From positions 1 through 38,383 of the IMG/VR virus record IMGVR_UViG_2711768032_000008: a DNA stretch of 38,383 nt; one strand, given 5' to 3'. Positions 29,479-37,957 of this stretch are shown here, piece by piece. Position 1 is the stretch's first letter. Every line of letters begins with the position of its first letter. The DNA is from a virus (lineage: Duplodnaviria > Heunggongvirae > Uroviricota > Caudoviricetes). The position numbers were made by a program, and so were the translations under genes. The notes beneath the pieces were generated by a model. The model was not told the DNA's origin and ran no database searches. It saw only the letters and a list, made by a program, of their open reading frames with translations.

Positions 29479-29597
29479 AGTGCAGTATCTCTCGATTAAG
29501 GTTTGGTTTACGTCGTTTTATCTTATTTTATTTGATTCAATAATTGATACATCGAGATACTACGATCCAATATTTGATACGTCAACAGGATTGAAAA
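29479..29597. promoter_or_regulatory. Lysis-lysogeny switch region with repeated TTGATAC motifs
   Basis: AT-rich divergent intergenic region between apl/cox and cI; TTGATAC at 29544-29550 and 29574-29580, TTGATTC at 29532-29538. Confidence 0.5.
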
Positions 29598-30230
29598 ATG
29601 ATACACGTGAAAGCGGGCGAGAATACCGGGGGAAGAGAGGCTATCCATAGGCTAATGGCTGCCTACGATTTCAAGTCCAGACAGCAACTGTGCGATCACC
29701 TGGGCGCATCAAAAAGCACTATGGCAAACAGATACTTAAGAGATAGTTTTCCGGCGGAATGGGTGATTCAGTGCGCTCTGGAGACAGGTGTTTCTTTACT
29801 CTGGCTAACAACCGGTCAGGGCGAGCCAAGTTCAAATATTGATTCGAAAAAAAATATCAATTTCGTGAACTCTGGCAAAGTCAAACCCCTTTCTGAGCTT
29901 GTTTCCCCCGAAATTGATAAGGCAACTCTCAACGGTGGCTTATTGGTCGATGCTGGAAAAGCAATCATTGATAGCAGCCTGCTCCCCTCAGACTCAAGCA
30001 ACCTATTGCTGGTGAATACTTCTGGAGATTCTTATTTAGTGGACCGCAGCCAAACACCTCCAGTTAACGGTATGTGGTTGGTAGATATCGACGGAATAAA
30101 AAGCATCGTGAAGTTAACACGGCTACCAGGAAACAGATTGGTGGTCCATCAAGACGAATCATCCTTTGAGTGCAGCCTTGATGATATCGAGGTAGTAGGC
30201 CGCGCTTTAAAAATAATTAAGAGCCTTTGA
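29598..30230 (+). CDS. cI: CI-type immunity repressor (186-like)
   Basis: 210 aa with N-terminal HTH; immediately upstream of int in the same orientation. Confidence 0.75.
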   Translation: MIHVKAGENTGGREAIHRLMAAYDFKSRQQLCDHLGASKSTMANRYLRDSFPAEWVIQCALETGVSLLWLTTGQGEPSSNIDSKKNINFVNSGKVKPLSELVSPEIDKATLNGGLLVDAGKAIIDSSLLPSDSSNLLLVNTSGDSYLVDRSQTPPVNGMWLVDIDGIKSIVKLTRLPGNRLVVHQDESSFECSLDDIEVVGRALKIIKSL

Positions 30231-30231
30231 T

Positions 30232-31251
30232 ATGACCATCAGAAAGCAGCCAAACGGAAAATGGTTGTGTGAATGCTACCCGAACGGGCGCGACGGCAAG
30301 CGTGTGCGCAAACAATTTTCGACAAAAGGCGAGGCCATAGCATTCGAAAACTTCACCATGGATGAAGTGAACAAAAAACCATGGCTAGGGGAAAAGGAAG
30401 ATCGGCGGAATCTGTCAGAAGTGATAGAGCAATGGCACTCACTCTACGGACAAACGCTTGCAGACCCCAAACGCCTGATGGCGAAACTCAACATTATTTG
30501 TAATGGTCTTGGCGATCCCATCGCCTCAGAGTTAACCGCCGGTGATTTTACGAAATACCGCGAAGCGCGGTTAAAAGGTGAAGTGCGAAATGAAGAGGGC
30601 GCACTTATGTCGCCGGTTAAGCCCCGCACGGTAAACCTTGAACAACGCAACCTATCATCGGTTTTTGGCACACTGAAAAAGCTGGGCCACTGGTCAGCGC
30701 CCAATCCGCTCGCCGGATTGCCAACATTTAAAATCGCTGAGGGCGAACTGGCATTCCTGGCCCCGGAAGAAATTAAACGCCTGCTGGATGCCTGCGCTGA
30801 TTCTCAAAGCCCCAGCCTGCTGATGATTGCAAAAATATGCCTGGCCACCGGCGCACGCTGGAGTGAAGCCGAAAACCTGCAGGGCCATCAGTTATCGAAA
30901 TACCGGATCACCTACACAAAGACCAAAGGCAAGAAAAACCGAACCGTGCCAATATCTCAGAAACTGCACGATGAACTCCCCAAAAACAGAGGGAAGCTAT
31001 TCACCCCATGCAGAAAAGCCTTTGAGCGTGCAGTGAAGCGAGCTGGTATCGACCTGCCAGAAGGTCAATGTACTCATGTGCTTCGGCATACATTCGCCAG
31101 TCACTTTATGATGAACGGCGGAAACATACTGGTACTGCGCGATATTCTTGGTCACTCTGATATTAAAATGACAATGGTCTATGCACACTTCGCTCCAGAC
31201 CATTTAGAAGATGCAGTGACGAAAAACCCACTTGCTATGTTGGAAGTTTAA
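30232..31251 (+). CDS. int: Tyrosine integrase (P2/186-type)
   Basis: 339 aa; C-terminal catalytic region with HVLRHTFASH and LGHSDIKMTMVYAH (Tyr). Confidence 0.9.
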   Translation: MTIRKQPNGKWLCECYPNGRDGKRVRKQFSTKGEAIAFENFTMDEVNKKPWLGEKEDRRNLSEVIEQWHSLYGQTLADPKRLMAKLNIICNGLGDPIASELTAGDFTKYREARLKGEVRNEEGALMSPVKPRTVNLEQRNLSSVFGTLKKLGHWSAPNPLAGLPTFKIAEGELAFLAPEEIKRLLDACADSQSPSLLMIAKICLATGARWSEAENLQGHQLSKYRITYTKTKGKKNRTVPISQKLHDELPKNRGKLFTPCRKAFERAVKRAGIDLPEGQCTHVLRHTFASHFMMNGGNILVLRDILGHSDIKMTMVYAHFAPDHLEDAVTKNPLAMLEV

Positions 31252-31252
31252 T

Positions 31253-31783
31253 ATGGACAAAAGCTTAGTAGCTCTTTTTTACTTTTCGTTTTTATTTTTA
31301 AGTTTTTTTGTTTTTATTAAGTATCGACTTTACGAACTCGATCATAGAAGCTTATTCCAGCAACCTCTTTTTTGGGCTGCAATTGCACTCCCCTTACTCA
31401 CTTGTTTTTTCTTAGGCTCATTAGTTTGGATAGATAAAATCCACTCCTTCAGTCTTACAAGTCATGGTTACGAAAGATTTCTTGAAATATCTAAATTGCC
31501 ATTACTGGTTCTAGCTTCATCTGTTCCCCTAGTTTCAATAGTTAATAACCTTCACAGAACGAAACAAACAGAAAAACAAATTTCAGAGGCCGAACAAAAA
31601 AACAGAGTAGATCTATATTATAACCATATGAAATTCAACTTAGATTTGTATAAAAAAATTGAAACAAAAAAAAATTATCAGCTACTACCCTGTAGTGGAT
31701 GCCCACAAAGAAGCTATATATCAGCATTATATCAAACATCCACAAGAGCTTTACAGGAAAGCATACCCTCAATCTACCCCTGA
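31253..31783 (+). CDS. Membrane-anchored hypothetical protein, N-terminal part (frameshifted cargo gene)
   Basis: AT-rich; two or three N-terminal transmembrane helices; frame ends 110 bp after an A9 tract (31666-31674). Confidence 0.5.
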   Translation: MDKSLVALFYFSFLFLSFFVFIKYRLYELDHRSLFQQPLFWAAIALPLLTCFFLGSLVWIDKIHSFSLTSHGYERFLEISKLPLLVLASSVPLVSIVNNLHRTKQTEKQISEAEQKNRVDLYYNHMKFNLDLYKKIETKKNYQLLPCSGCPQRSYISALYQTSTRALQESIPSIYP

Positions 31784-32285
31784 TAATTCACAACAATTGA
31801 AAATCAATGATAACTTTGTTATAGAACTACATAAGTGCTGGATTGAAATTAATGCCAGACTTAAACAATTATCAGAAAGCGAAACTCAACTAGATCCAAC
31901 TCAAGAATTTTGTACTTCAAAGATGAGAATTTTCTTTGGAATAATGAGTATTTATGTAAAGACTTGCAAGCATCTTTGCTTGGGTGGATTTCATGACCAA
32001 AAGTCATTCATTTTGAATGATAATTATGATAAGTATCAAATTTATTCACCGTTCTATGACTTTGGTACAATGTACCAATCTCTGCAATCTCTAGAAGAGA
32101 TCACATTCGCTTTCTTAGATACCTGCAGAAATGAAGAGGTTAATTTATATTTCCCATTGGACGACAAAATTCTGATTTATGGTGAAGGGATTCTACAAAA
32201 TTGGTATGGATACTCTCGATTCTTGATTTCTACCGCCTATCAGCCCGCAAAGATGGTGCGTTTACAACCGCTGATGCGTGAATGA
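31659..32285 (+). CDS. Hypothetical protein, C-terminal part of the same frameshifted cargo gene
   Basis: 208-aa ORF in the +1 frame beginning inside the A9 tract (TTG start in the ORF track); removing one A fuses it to the upstream ORF. Confidence 0.45.
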   Translation: MKQKKIISYYPVVDAHKEAIYQHYIKHPQELYRKAYPQSTPDNSQQLKINDNFVIELHKCWIEINARLKQLSESETQLDPTQEFCTSKMRIFFGIMSIYVKTCKHLCLGGFHDQKSFILNDNYDKYQIYSPFYDFGTMYQSLQSLEEITFAFLDTCRNEEVNLYFPLDDKILIYGEGILQNWYGYSRFLISTAYQPAKMVRLQPLMRE

Positions 32286-32401
32286 AGATGGCGGCATTTT
32301 GGCGGCAGAGCATTAAAAACGAGTAAAACGGACAAATATGGAATAACACTAACATACTGTTTTTAAACACAACTAACTGTTTTCATTATAGTAAAAATGG
32401 T

Positions 32402-32446
32402 ATGTAGGAATTTCGGACGCGGGTTCAACTCCCGCCAGCTCCACCA
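32402..32446 (+). repeat. attR core: displaced copy of the ssrA 3' end (45 bp)
   Basis: Identical to 1016-1060; no tmRNA 5' portion upstream. Confidence 0.85.
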
Positions 32447-32611
32447 CTTTTTAGTTGTTTGAAGTTCAATGAAGTCTACTAAGCCCACACAGCACAAGCT
32501 CTGCGGGCTTTTTTACGTCTATTGTCGTCCAGTGAGAATTGCTGAGAACTACGAGTTATGGCACCCTGAATGGGACCCACTAAGAAGGGTCCAAAAACCG
32601 AGGGTCCCAAA

Positions 32612-33841
32612 ATGGCAAAAATCGCTAAGAAGCTCACTGACACTGAAATCAAAAGCACCAAGCCAGCCGATAAAGAAATCAACTTGTTTGACGGTGATGG
32701 TCTGATTCTACGAATCGCTCCTTTGGCGAAAGGAGGCAAGAAAAATTGGTATTTCAGGTATGCAGTACCAGTGAGCAAGAAAAGAACCAAAATGAGCCTT
32801 GGGACATATCCTCACCTTACCCTTGCAAGAGCCAGAGCCTTACGTGATGAATATCTCTCCTTTCTGGCAAATGGTGTTGATCCCCAAATCCATAACAACG
32901 ATAAGGCGAAGGCATTAAAGAGTGCTACTGAGCACACTCTCCAAGCCGTAGCGCGGAAATGGTTAGATGAGAAGGTAAAGACATCAGGTATCTCACAAGA
33001 CCATGCAGCAGACATCTGGCGCAGCTTAGAGAGAAATGTCTTTCCCGGTCTGGGTAATGTCCCTATCAATGAGATCCGACCTAAGCTCTTAAAACAACAC
33101 CTTGATCCTATTGAGCAACGAGGCGTATTGGAAACTCTACGCCGTATCATTTCACGTCTGAATGAAATCTTCCGGTGGGCAGCTACTGAAGAACTTATTG
33201 AGTTCAACCCGGCTGACAACCTTGGTCAAAGATTCAGTAAACCAAAAAAGCAAAATATGCCTGCCCTTCCCCCAAGCGAATTGCCAAGGTTTATGGAATC
33301 TTTGACGAATGCGTCAATCCGGTTGGAAACACGTATGCTAATTGAATGGCAATTGTTGACATGGGTTCGTCCGGGTGAAGCCGTTCGCGCAAGGTGGTCT
33401 GATATTGATACAACCAACAGCATTTGGAACATTCCTGCTGATTTCATGAAAATGAAAAAGCTTCACAAAGTTCCTTTGAGTAAAGAAGCTTTGCGCATCC
33501 TTGAATTAATGAAATCAATAAGTGGGCATAGAGAATGGGTTTTCCCCAGCATAAAAGCGCCTCTTAATCATATGCATGAACAAACAGCCAACGCAGCTAT
33601 CATCCGAATGGGGTTCGGAGGCGAGCTTGTAGCTCACGGTATGCGTTCTATTGCACGAACAGCGGCAGAGGAGTCTGGTAAATTCAGAGCTGAAGTTCTT
33701 GAGGCAGCGCTTGCCCACTCGAAAAAAGATGAAATTATCGCAGCATACAATCGTGCAGAATATCTGATAGAGCGACAGAGTTTGATGCAATGGTGGAGTG
33801 ATTACGTTCAAGCTCAAAGATCAAATGCTCTGGTAGCCTAA
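32612..33841 (+). CDS. Tyrosine integrase, P4/CP4-57 (IntA)-like
   Basis: Start chosen at MAKIAKKLTDTEIKSTKP (tracked ORF from 32570); N-terminal LTDTEIK...DGDGL motif and C-terminal HGMRSIARTAA...AYNRAEY catalytic region. Confidence 0.85.
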   Translation: MAKIAKKLTDTEIKSTKPADKEINLFDGDGLILRIAPLAKGGKKNWYFRYAVPVSKKRTKMSLGTYPHLTLARARALRDEYLSFLANGVDPQIHNNDKAKALKSATEHTLQAVARKWLDEKVKTSGISQDHAADIWRSLERNVFPGLGNVPINEIRPKLLKQHLDPIEQRGVLETLRRIISRLNEIFRWAATEELIEFNPADNLGQRFSKPKKQNMPALPPSELPRFMESLTNASIRLETRMLIEWQLLTWVRPGEAVRARWSDIDTTNSIWNIPADFMKMKKLHKVPLSKEALRILELMKSISGHREWVFPSIKAPLNHMHEQTANAAIIRMGFGGELVAHGMRSIARTAAEESGKFRAEVLEAALAHSKKDEIIAAYNRAEYLIERQSLMQWWSDYVQAQRSNALVA

Positions 33842-33879
33842 GTATCAGAATAGCTAATATAATCCTGAAGGTAAAGAAA

Positions 33880-34296
33880 ATGGAAACCCTATTCAAAGTT
33901 TTTGAAAAATTTAGTTCCAGACCACTTTTTTTTATTTTTTTCGGACTCTCACTTTGTGAATTTTTTCAGAAACAATCTGTTCTGATGAATCCATCAGCAG
34001 ATAACATCGCGAAATTATTCGCAGCCATGATATTAGTTGTTTTTTTTACTTGGGGATTTGAATGGCTAATCTTCAAGTTCAATGTAAACCTTGAACCTCA
34101 TGATCAAGGCGATATTGGACCAACAATTGGAACGGCTACTTTAGCTGTATACTTAGTTTATGCCTTTCACTTTCTCAGTGAAAATCCTGAAGCATTAAAT
34201 TTAAAGTTATTAACTAACTCTGGCTTTATATACAGCACAACTCTATTATTATTCTCATTAGAATGCATGAAGCTTAGAAGACTTAAACAAAAATAA
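33880..34296 (+). CDS. Small hypothetical membrane protein (about 4 TM segments)
   Basis: 138 aa, AT-rich, hydrophobic stretches (LFFIFFGLSL, FAAMILVVFFTWGFEWLIF, TATLAVYLVYAFHFL, FIYSTTLLLFSL). Confidence 0.5.
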   Translation: METLFKVFEKFSSRPLFFIFFGLSLCEFFQKQSVLMNPSADNIAKLFAAMILVVFFTWGFEWLIFKFNVNLEPHDQGDIGPTIGTATLAVYLVYAFHFLSENPEALNLKLLTNSGFIYSTTLLLFSLECMKLRRLKQK

Positions 34297-34367
34297 ACAA
34301 CATCATTGTGATGATAAATATAAAATAGGCATGGCGAAAAAAAATCACCACGCCTAAAATATAATAA

Positions 34368-36134
34368 TTATGGTAGCATCATTGATACATAATCCACACC
34401 AATCCTTGAGCTATACTGAGACGCTATAGCCTGATATCTTTCTGCATAACCAGTTCTCAGTTGAGATTTAAGTTTGAGTCGGACAGGAACATTTTGCACG
34501 TTGCCATCCATATTACTTAAAAACACGGCAGAAATAATATTTTTTTCTTCGCCATCAACTGTTGTTCCATGATTCAACACCACCATATAATCAACAACAG
34601 GAAGCGTTTTATCCCCTTCGAAAATAGAGAGATATTTTCTTTGATTTTTATGCATTACATATATATATTTCGAATGTTCAGCAAATGGCAATGCTTTACT
34701 CTGACTGGCGTTAAAAAGCTCCAGAACTTTAATGAGCCTGTGCGGACTTAATCTTACATGGTGAGGGTCGTTACCCTGAGTAGGAACCAAATCACATGCC
34801 GCAGATACACATAAATACCATTTGTTCGACTCTGTATCAAAGAAAATAGTGCCAGTAGAAATATGACCATCTTCAAAATTCTTTGAAGACAAATTCATAT
34901 TTAAAGCATGATACATTTCGTGATAAGTATCATTATTTGATGGCAGATCCATTTTTGAAGAGCAATATTGGAGCAATGCAGCAACTCCGCTGTTAGCGTA
35001 TTCATTTGAATAGCTATCAAAAACACTTTTGATAAATTCATCCAGCGTATTATTATTTTTAAGTCTTTGATAAAGCTCTTCTGATAAATTACCAAATACA
35101 AAGTCAATATTTCTACATCTAATATCAGGCGAGTCTGATTTTAATATCTCATTTAACCACGCAGCTTGACCGTAATGATCGTTAGCCAAATGATTTACAA
35201 AAGATAAAGCCTCAGCTTCGATTGCATTCTGAATTTCAGATTTTATTAACTGATAATAAGATGGTTTCCATTCAATGAGAGAATCATTGAGAGTTTGCCA
35301 AATCCTATCTCCATCGTTTTCATGATCATCTTGAACCTTATGAAATAGGGAGACAAAGATATTACCACATTGAATCCATTTTACTCCGCTTTCATCACCC
35401 CGAATGACATTGCCAGATGTGTTGCTAGAAATAATTGCATTTCTAGACACAGCATATTCTGCAATCATTTTTGCAATGAAGTTTTTATCCTTTTGATCCT
35501 CCAACACAGCATCATCATGTATTAATCTTTTAATTCTTCTACAAGGCTTACTGTCTTTAATATAGGCTATTGTTTCATCTCTTGTGAGAGCTTTATTACC
35601 ATTATCATTTAAGTTCGGTAATACAACGTCTTCCCAATAACTTTGGACATCTTCATTATCGTAGTCAATGATCAAGCTGTTGATATCCAGAGCACCTTTG
35701 AGAGTCGATGATATCTGCATCCAAACCGTTTCTAAATTCTCTCTAGTATATATTACAATCATATTTAAATGATCGGAGTCTTTCAAATCTTGTAATAGTT
35801 TAAGTGTTTTATCAGGTGCATTATTATCAAGATGATAATCTACAATAATAAGATCTGATTTCCTAATCCGATCCACATCGAAATTAACAGAACCATTGTC
35901 AACATCACAAATCATATTTTTAGATTGAAAAAAGCTCTCAAGAGTAGCGGCTCGTTTAGATGAGTCAATTTTGTTGTAGTCTAAATCAACTTCGTTATTC
36001 AACGCCCTGATTGATTCAGAATACGTCAGAAAATCGTCATCAATCATGACAACGGAACGAATTGCATTTTCGCAGAAAGTTTTCTGGACAAGAGAATTAT
36101 AATTTGCCACTGTCATATTAGAACTCCACTCCAT
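34368..36134 (-). CDS. Receiver (REC)-like domain protein with large uncharacterised C-terminal domain
   Basis: 588 aa; N-terminal VVMIDDD ... DLIIVDYHL ... NMIVIYT resembles a response-regulator receiver fold; the remaining ~450 aa match nothing I recognise; AT-rich; 17-bp overlap with the upstream kinase-like gene. Confidence 0.6.
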   Translation of the reverse strand: MEWSSNMTVANYNSLVQKTFCENAIRSVVMIDDDFLTYSESIRALNNEVDLDYNKIDSSKRAATLESFFQSKNMICDVDNGSVNFDVDRIRKSDLIIVDYHLDNNAPDKTLKLLQDLKDSDHLNMIVIYTRENLETVWMQISSTLKGALDINSLIIDYDNEDVQSYWEDVVLPNLNDNGNKALTRDETIAYIKDSKPCRRIKRLIHDDAVLEDQKDKNFIAKMIAEYAVSRNAIISSNTSGNVIRGDESGVKWIQCGNIFVSLFHKVQDDHENDGDRIWQTLNDSLIEWKPSYYQLIKSEIQNAIEAEALSFVNHLANDHYGQAAWLNEILKSDSPDIRCRNIDFVFGNLSEELYQRLKNNNTLDEFIKSVFDSYSNEYANSGVAALLQYCSSKMDLPSNNDTYHEMYHALNMNLSSKNFEDGHISTGTIFFDTESNKWYLCVSAACDLVPTQGNDPHHVRLSPHRLIKVLELFNASQSKALPFAEHSKYIYVMHKNQRKYLSIFEGDKTLPVVDYMVVLNHGTTVDGEEKNIISAVFLSNMDGNVQNVPVRLKLKSQLRTGYAERYQAIASQYSSRIGVDYVSMMLP

Positions 36135-37836
36135 TGAACTGGATCACAAAATTAGCGCCATCTTTTATTAAATAGTTATCGCCTTCATCAGGTTCTGAAT
36201 ACCATATTTTATGATGTGCAACAGCAAGGTTTTCTCGACATAGATACAGACCTACCCCATGTCCATTTGCTCTTTTGCTATAAAATAGTTCAAATAGTCG
36301 CGGGATATCATCGGTATCAATTGCCGGACCAGAATTTGCTATGATAACCAAAGAATTCACAAAACCAATCTTTATGAGCCTATTATTTGACAGACTGACC
36401 CAATACATTGCATTGTTGATAATATTAGTAAAAACAGGATAGATCCTTGATGGTATATCTGTTATTGCGATTTGCTTAAACTCTTCACTAAATTCAATAG
36501 TTATTCGTTGCCGTTCGAAACGCTCCCCAAAGAACTTCAGGACATAATCCATGATATTTTTTCCAGTTATTCTCTGCCTGGATTGATAACCTGATATTTT
36601 CAAAGGTGATAAGAAACGTATTTGTTGAGTAAGCGATCTGTGAGCATTTAACGCCAATGAAAAACCAGGGTGTTCTTTTACAGAAGTAGGAAGAGAGTTT
36701 AGTCCTCTGGTTACCATAGAATCCATTTCTTCAAGTTCATGAGATGTTATCTCAACACTAATACCTAACTGTGCAAGCGCGTTTAAACTTTTAGCTTTTT
36801 CTTCAAAATATGAGCGTTCTTCTTCAGATAATGAGAATGCTGAATCTAAGTTTATACCTTCAAATAATCTATCGAGACCTTTTATTATTGATTGATATTT
36901 GAAAGTTAGGGTATCAACTGACTCAACATATAAACTATCGAGCAAATTAAACACATTTTCAATTTGTGAATCATTATCTATTGAATCAACAACTGATATA
37001 GTTTTAGCATAATAATCACTTCGATCAACCTTTATTTCATCGGCCCATTTTTTTAAAAGAGAATGTATCTTCTCCTCTATCGTGTTATTAAACTTAGTTA
37101 GTTTAGAATTAATAATACCTTGATTTTTTTCAAGGTGATTTTTCGCTGCCAATGAAGGCTCAAGTTTATTTAATTCAGAATCAAGTTTATTAATTGCTAA
37201 CTTCATTTGTAGAATATACGCAGAGAACTCATTAAATTTATCTCTGTAGTCTCTATATTTCTCTTCATACATTCCAAGTTTTGGAGGTTTGATAGGCGTT
37301 TTAATTTCACTGCGCAACGCATCTAAGTTTGTAAGATCACTGTCTATAATTTTAAGATAGTTTAAATCTAACGAACCATCAGTTTTATCAAGCTTAGTTT
37401 TCAGCCTTTTAACAGCCTCCAAGGAAGCATCAAGAACTGGTGTCTGATTCTTCAAAGCTTCTGAAAAACTTTTTTGTGTTGATTTTCGAGCTTGTTGTTG
37501 AGCAGATTTTCTTAACTCTTTTTCACGCTTAACTTGTTCTAAAAGCTCTTTACGGTCATCAGAACGTGAACCAAAAAATCTATCAGCAAGTTCAGTTAAC
37601 AAATTAGATATAATAGTTTTCAGTTCTCTTGCAGCCTGGTATCTTATGAATCCCTCTCTCCCCGACTTATCTTTCAGCTCTTTATTACTGGATTGAGTAA
37701 TTCCAATATAACCAAAAATCCTTCTATTAGACCAATAATATCGCCCTGCATTCCATGAACGTCTTTCTTCTATCTGGAAGAAATCATTATCTACTCGACC
37801 ATAAGGTAATACTCTCAAGCTATCCCTAAAAATCAT
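36118..37836 (-). CDS. Histidine-kinase-like protein (H-box + HATPase_c), 5'-truncated by IS3
   Basis: C-terminal TSHELEEM (H-box-like), N-box NIINNAMYW, G1 IANSGPAID, G2 GHGVGL; long coiled-coil-rich N-terminal region; frame stays open upstream of the first Met to the IS3 junction (in-frame stop only at 37963-37965, inside the IS). Confidence 0.6.
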   Translation of the reverse strand: MIFRDSLRVLPYGRVDNDFFQIEERRSWNAGRYYWSNRRIFGYIGITQSSNKELKDKSGREGFIRYQAARELKTIISNLLTELADRFFGSRSDDRKELLEQVKREKELRKSAQQQARKSTQKSFSEALKNQTPVLDASLEAVKRLKTKLDKTDGSLDLNYLKIIDSDLTNLDALRSEIKTPIKPPKLGMYEEKYRDYRDKFNEFSAYILQMKLAINKLDSELNKLEPSLAAKNHLEKNQGIINSKLTKFNNTIEEKIHSLLKKWADEIKVDRSDYYAKTISVVDSIDNDSQIENVFNLLDSLYVESVDTLTFKYQSIIKGLDRLFEGINLDSAFSLSEEERSYFEEKAKSLNALAQLGISVEITSHELEEMDSMVTRGLNSLPTSVKEHPGFSLALNAHRSLTQQIRFLSPLKISGYQSRQRITGKNIMDYVLKFFGERFERQRITIEFSEEFKQIAITDIPSRIYPVFTNIINNAMYWVSLSNNRLIKIGFVNSLVIIANSGPAIDTDDIPRLFELFYSKRANGHGVGLYLCRENLAVAHHKIWYSEPDEGDNYLIKDGANFVIQFNGVEF

Positions 37837-37957
37837 TAGTCCTGCATACTTTTTGGCCTTAAGATCAAAGTGGGAATGTTCACGTTCAGTATGTGATGTA
37901 TTTTGTGAAAGGAATTCAAACGTTCCTATCTGAAGCTCAAATGGGCCGACCCCTGCG

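Larger units (their letters stand above)
1061..32446. mobile_element. P2/186-like prophage integrated at ssrA (about 31.4 kb)
   Basis: Bounded by the 45-bp ssrA 3' direct repeats; contains P2-order late genes, a cos-like site, a 186-like early region and a tyrosine integrase. Confidence 0.85.
32402..37957. mobile_element. P4/CP4-57-type integrative island (partial; continues or is truncated beyond IS3)
   Basis: Integrase gene about 165 bp downstream of the ssrA 3' repeat in the same orientation, followed by AT-rich cargo; far boundary not in window. Confidence 0.6.

Noticed and set aside
32402-32446. Second tmRNA/tRNA gene
   Set aside because: Only the 45-bp 3' terminal segment is present with no upstream tmRNA body; it is an att-site repeat.
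32469-32790. ORFs 32469-32705 (+) and 32479-32790 (-) near attR
   Set aside because: Overlap the integrase start region; the integrase frame is far better supported.
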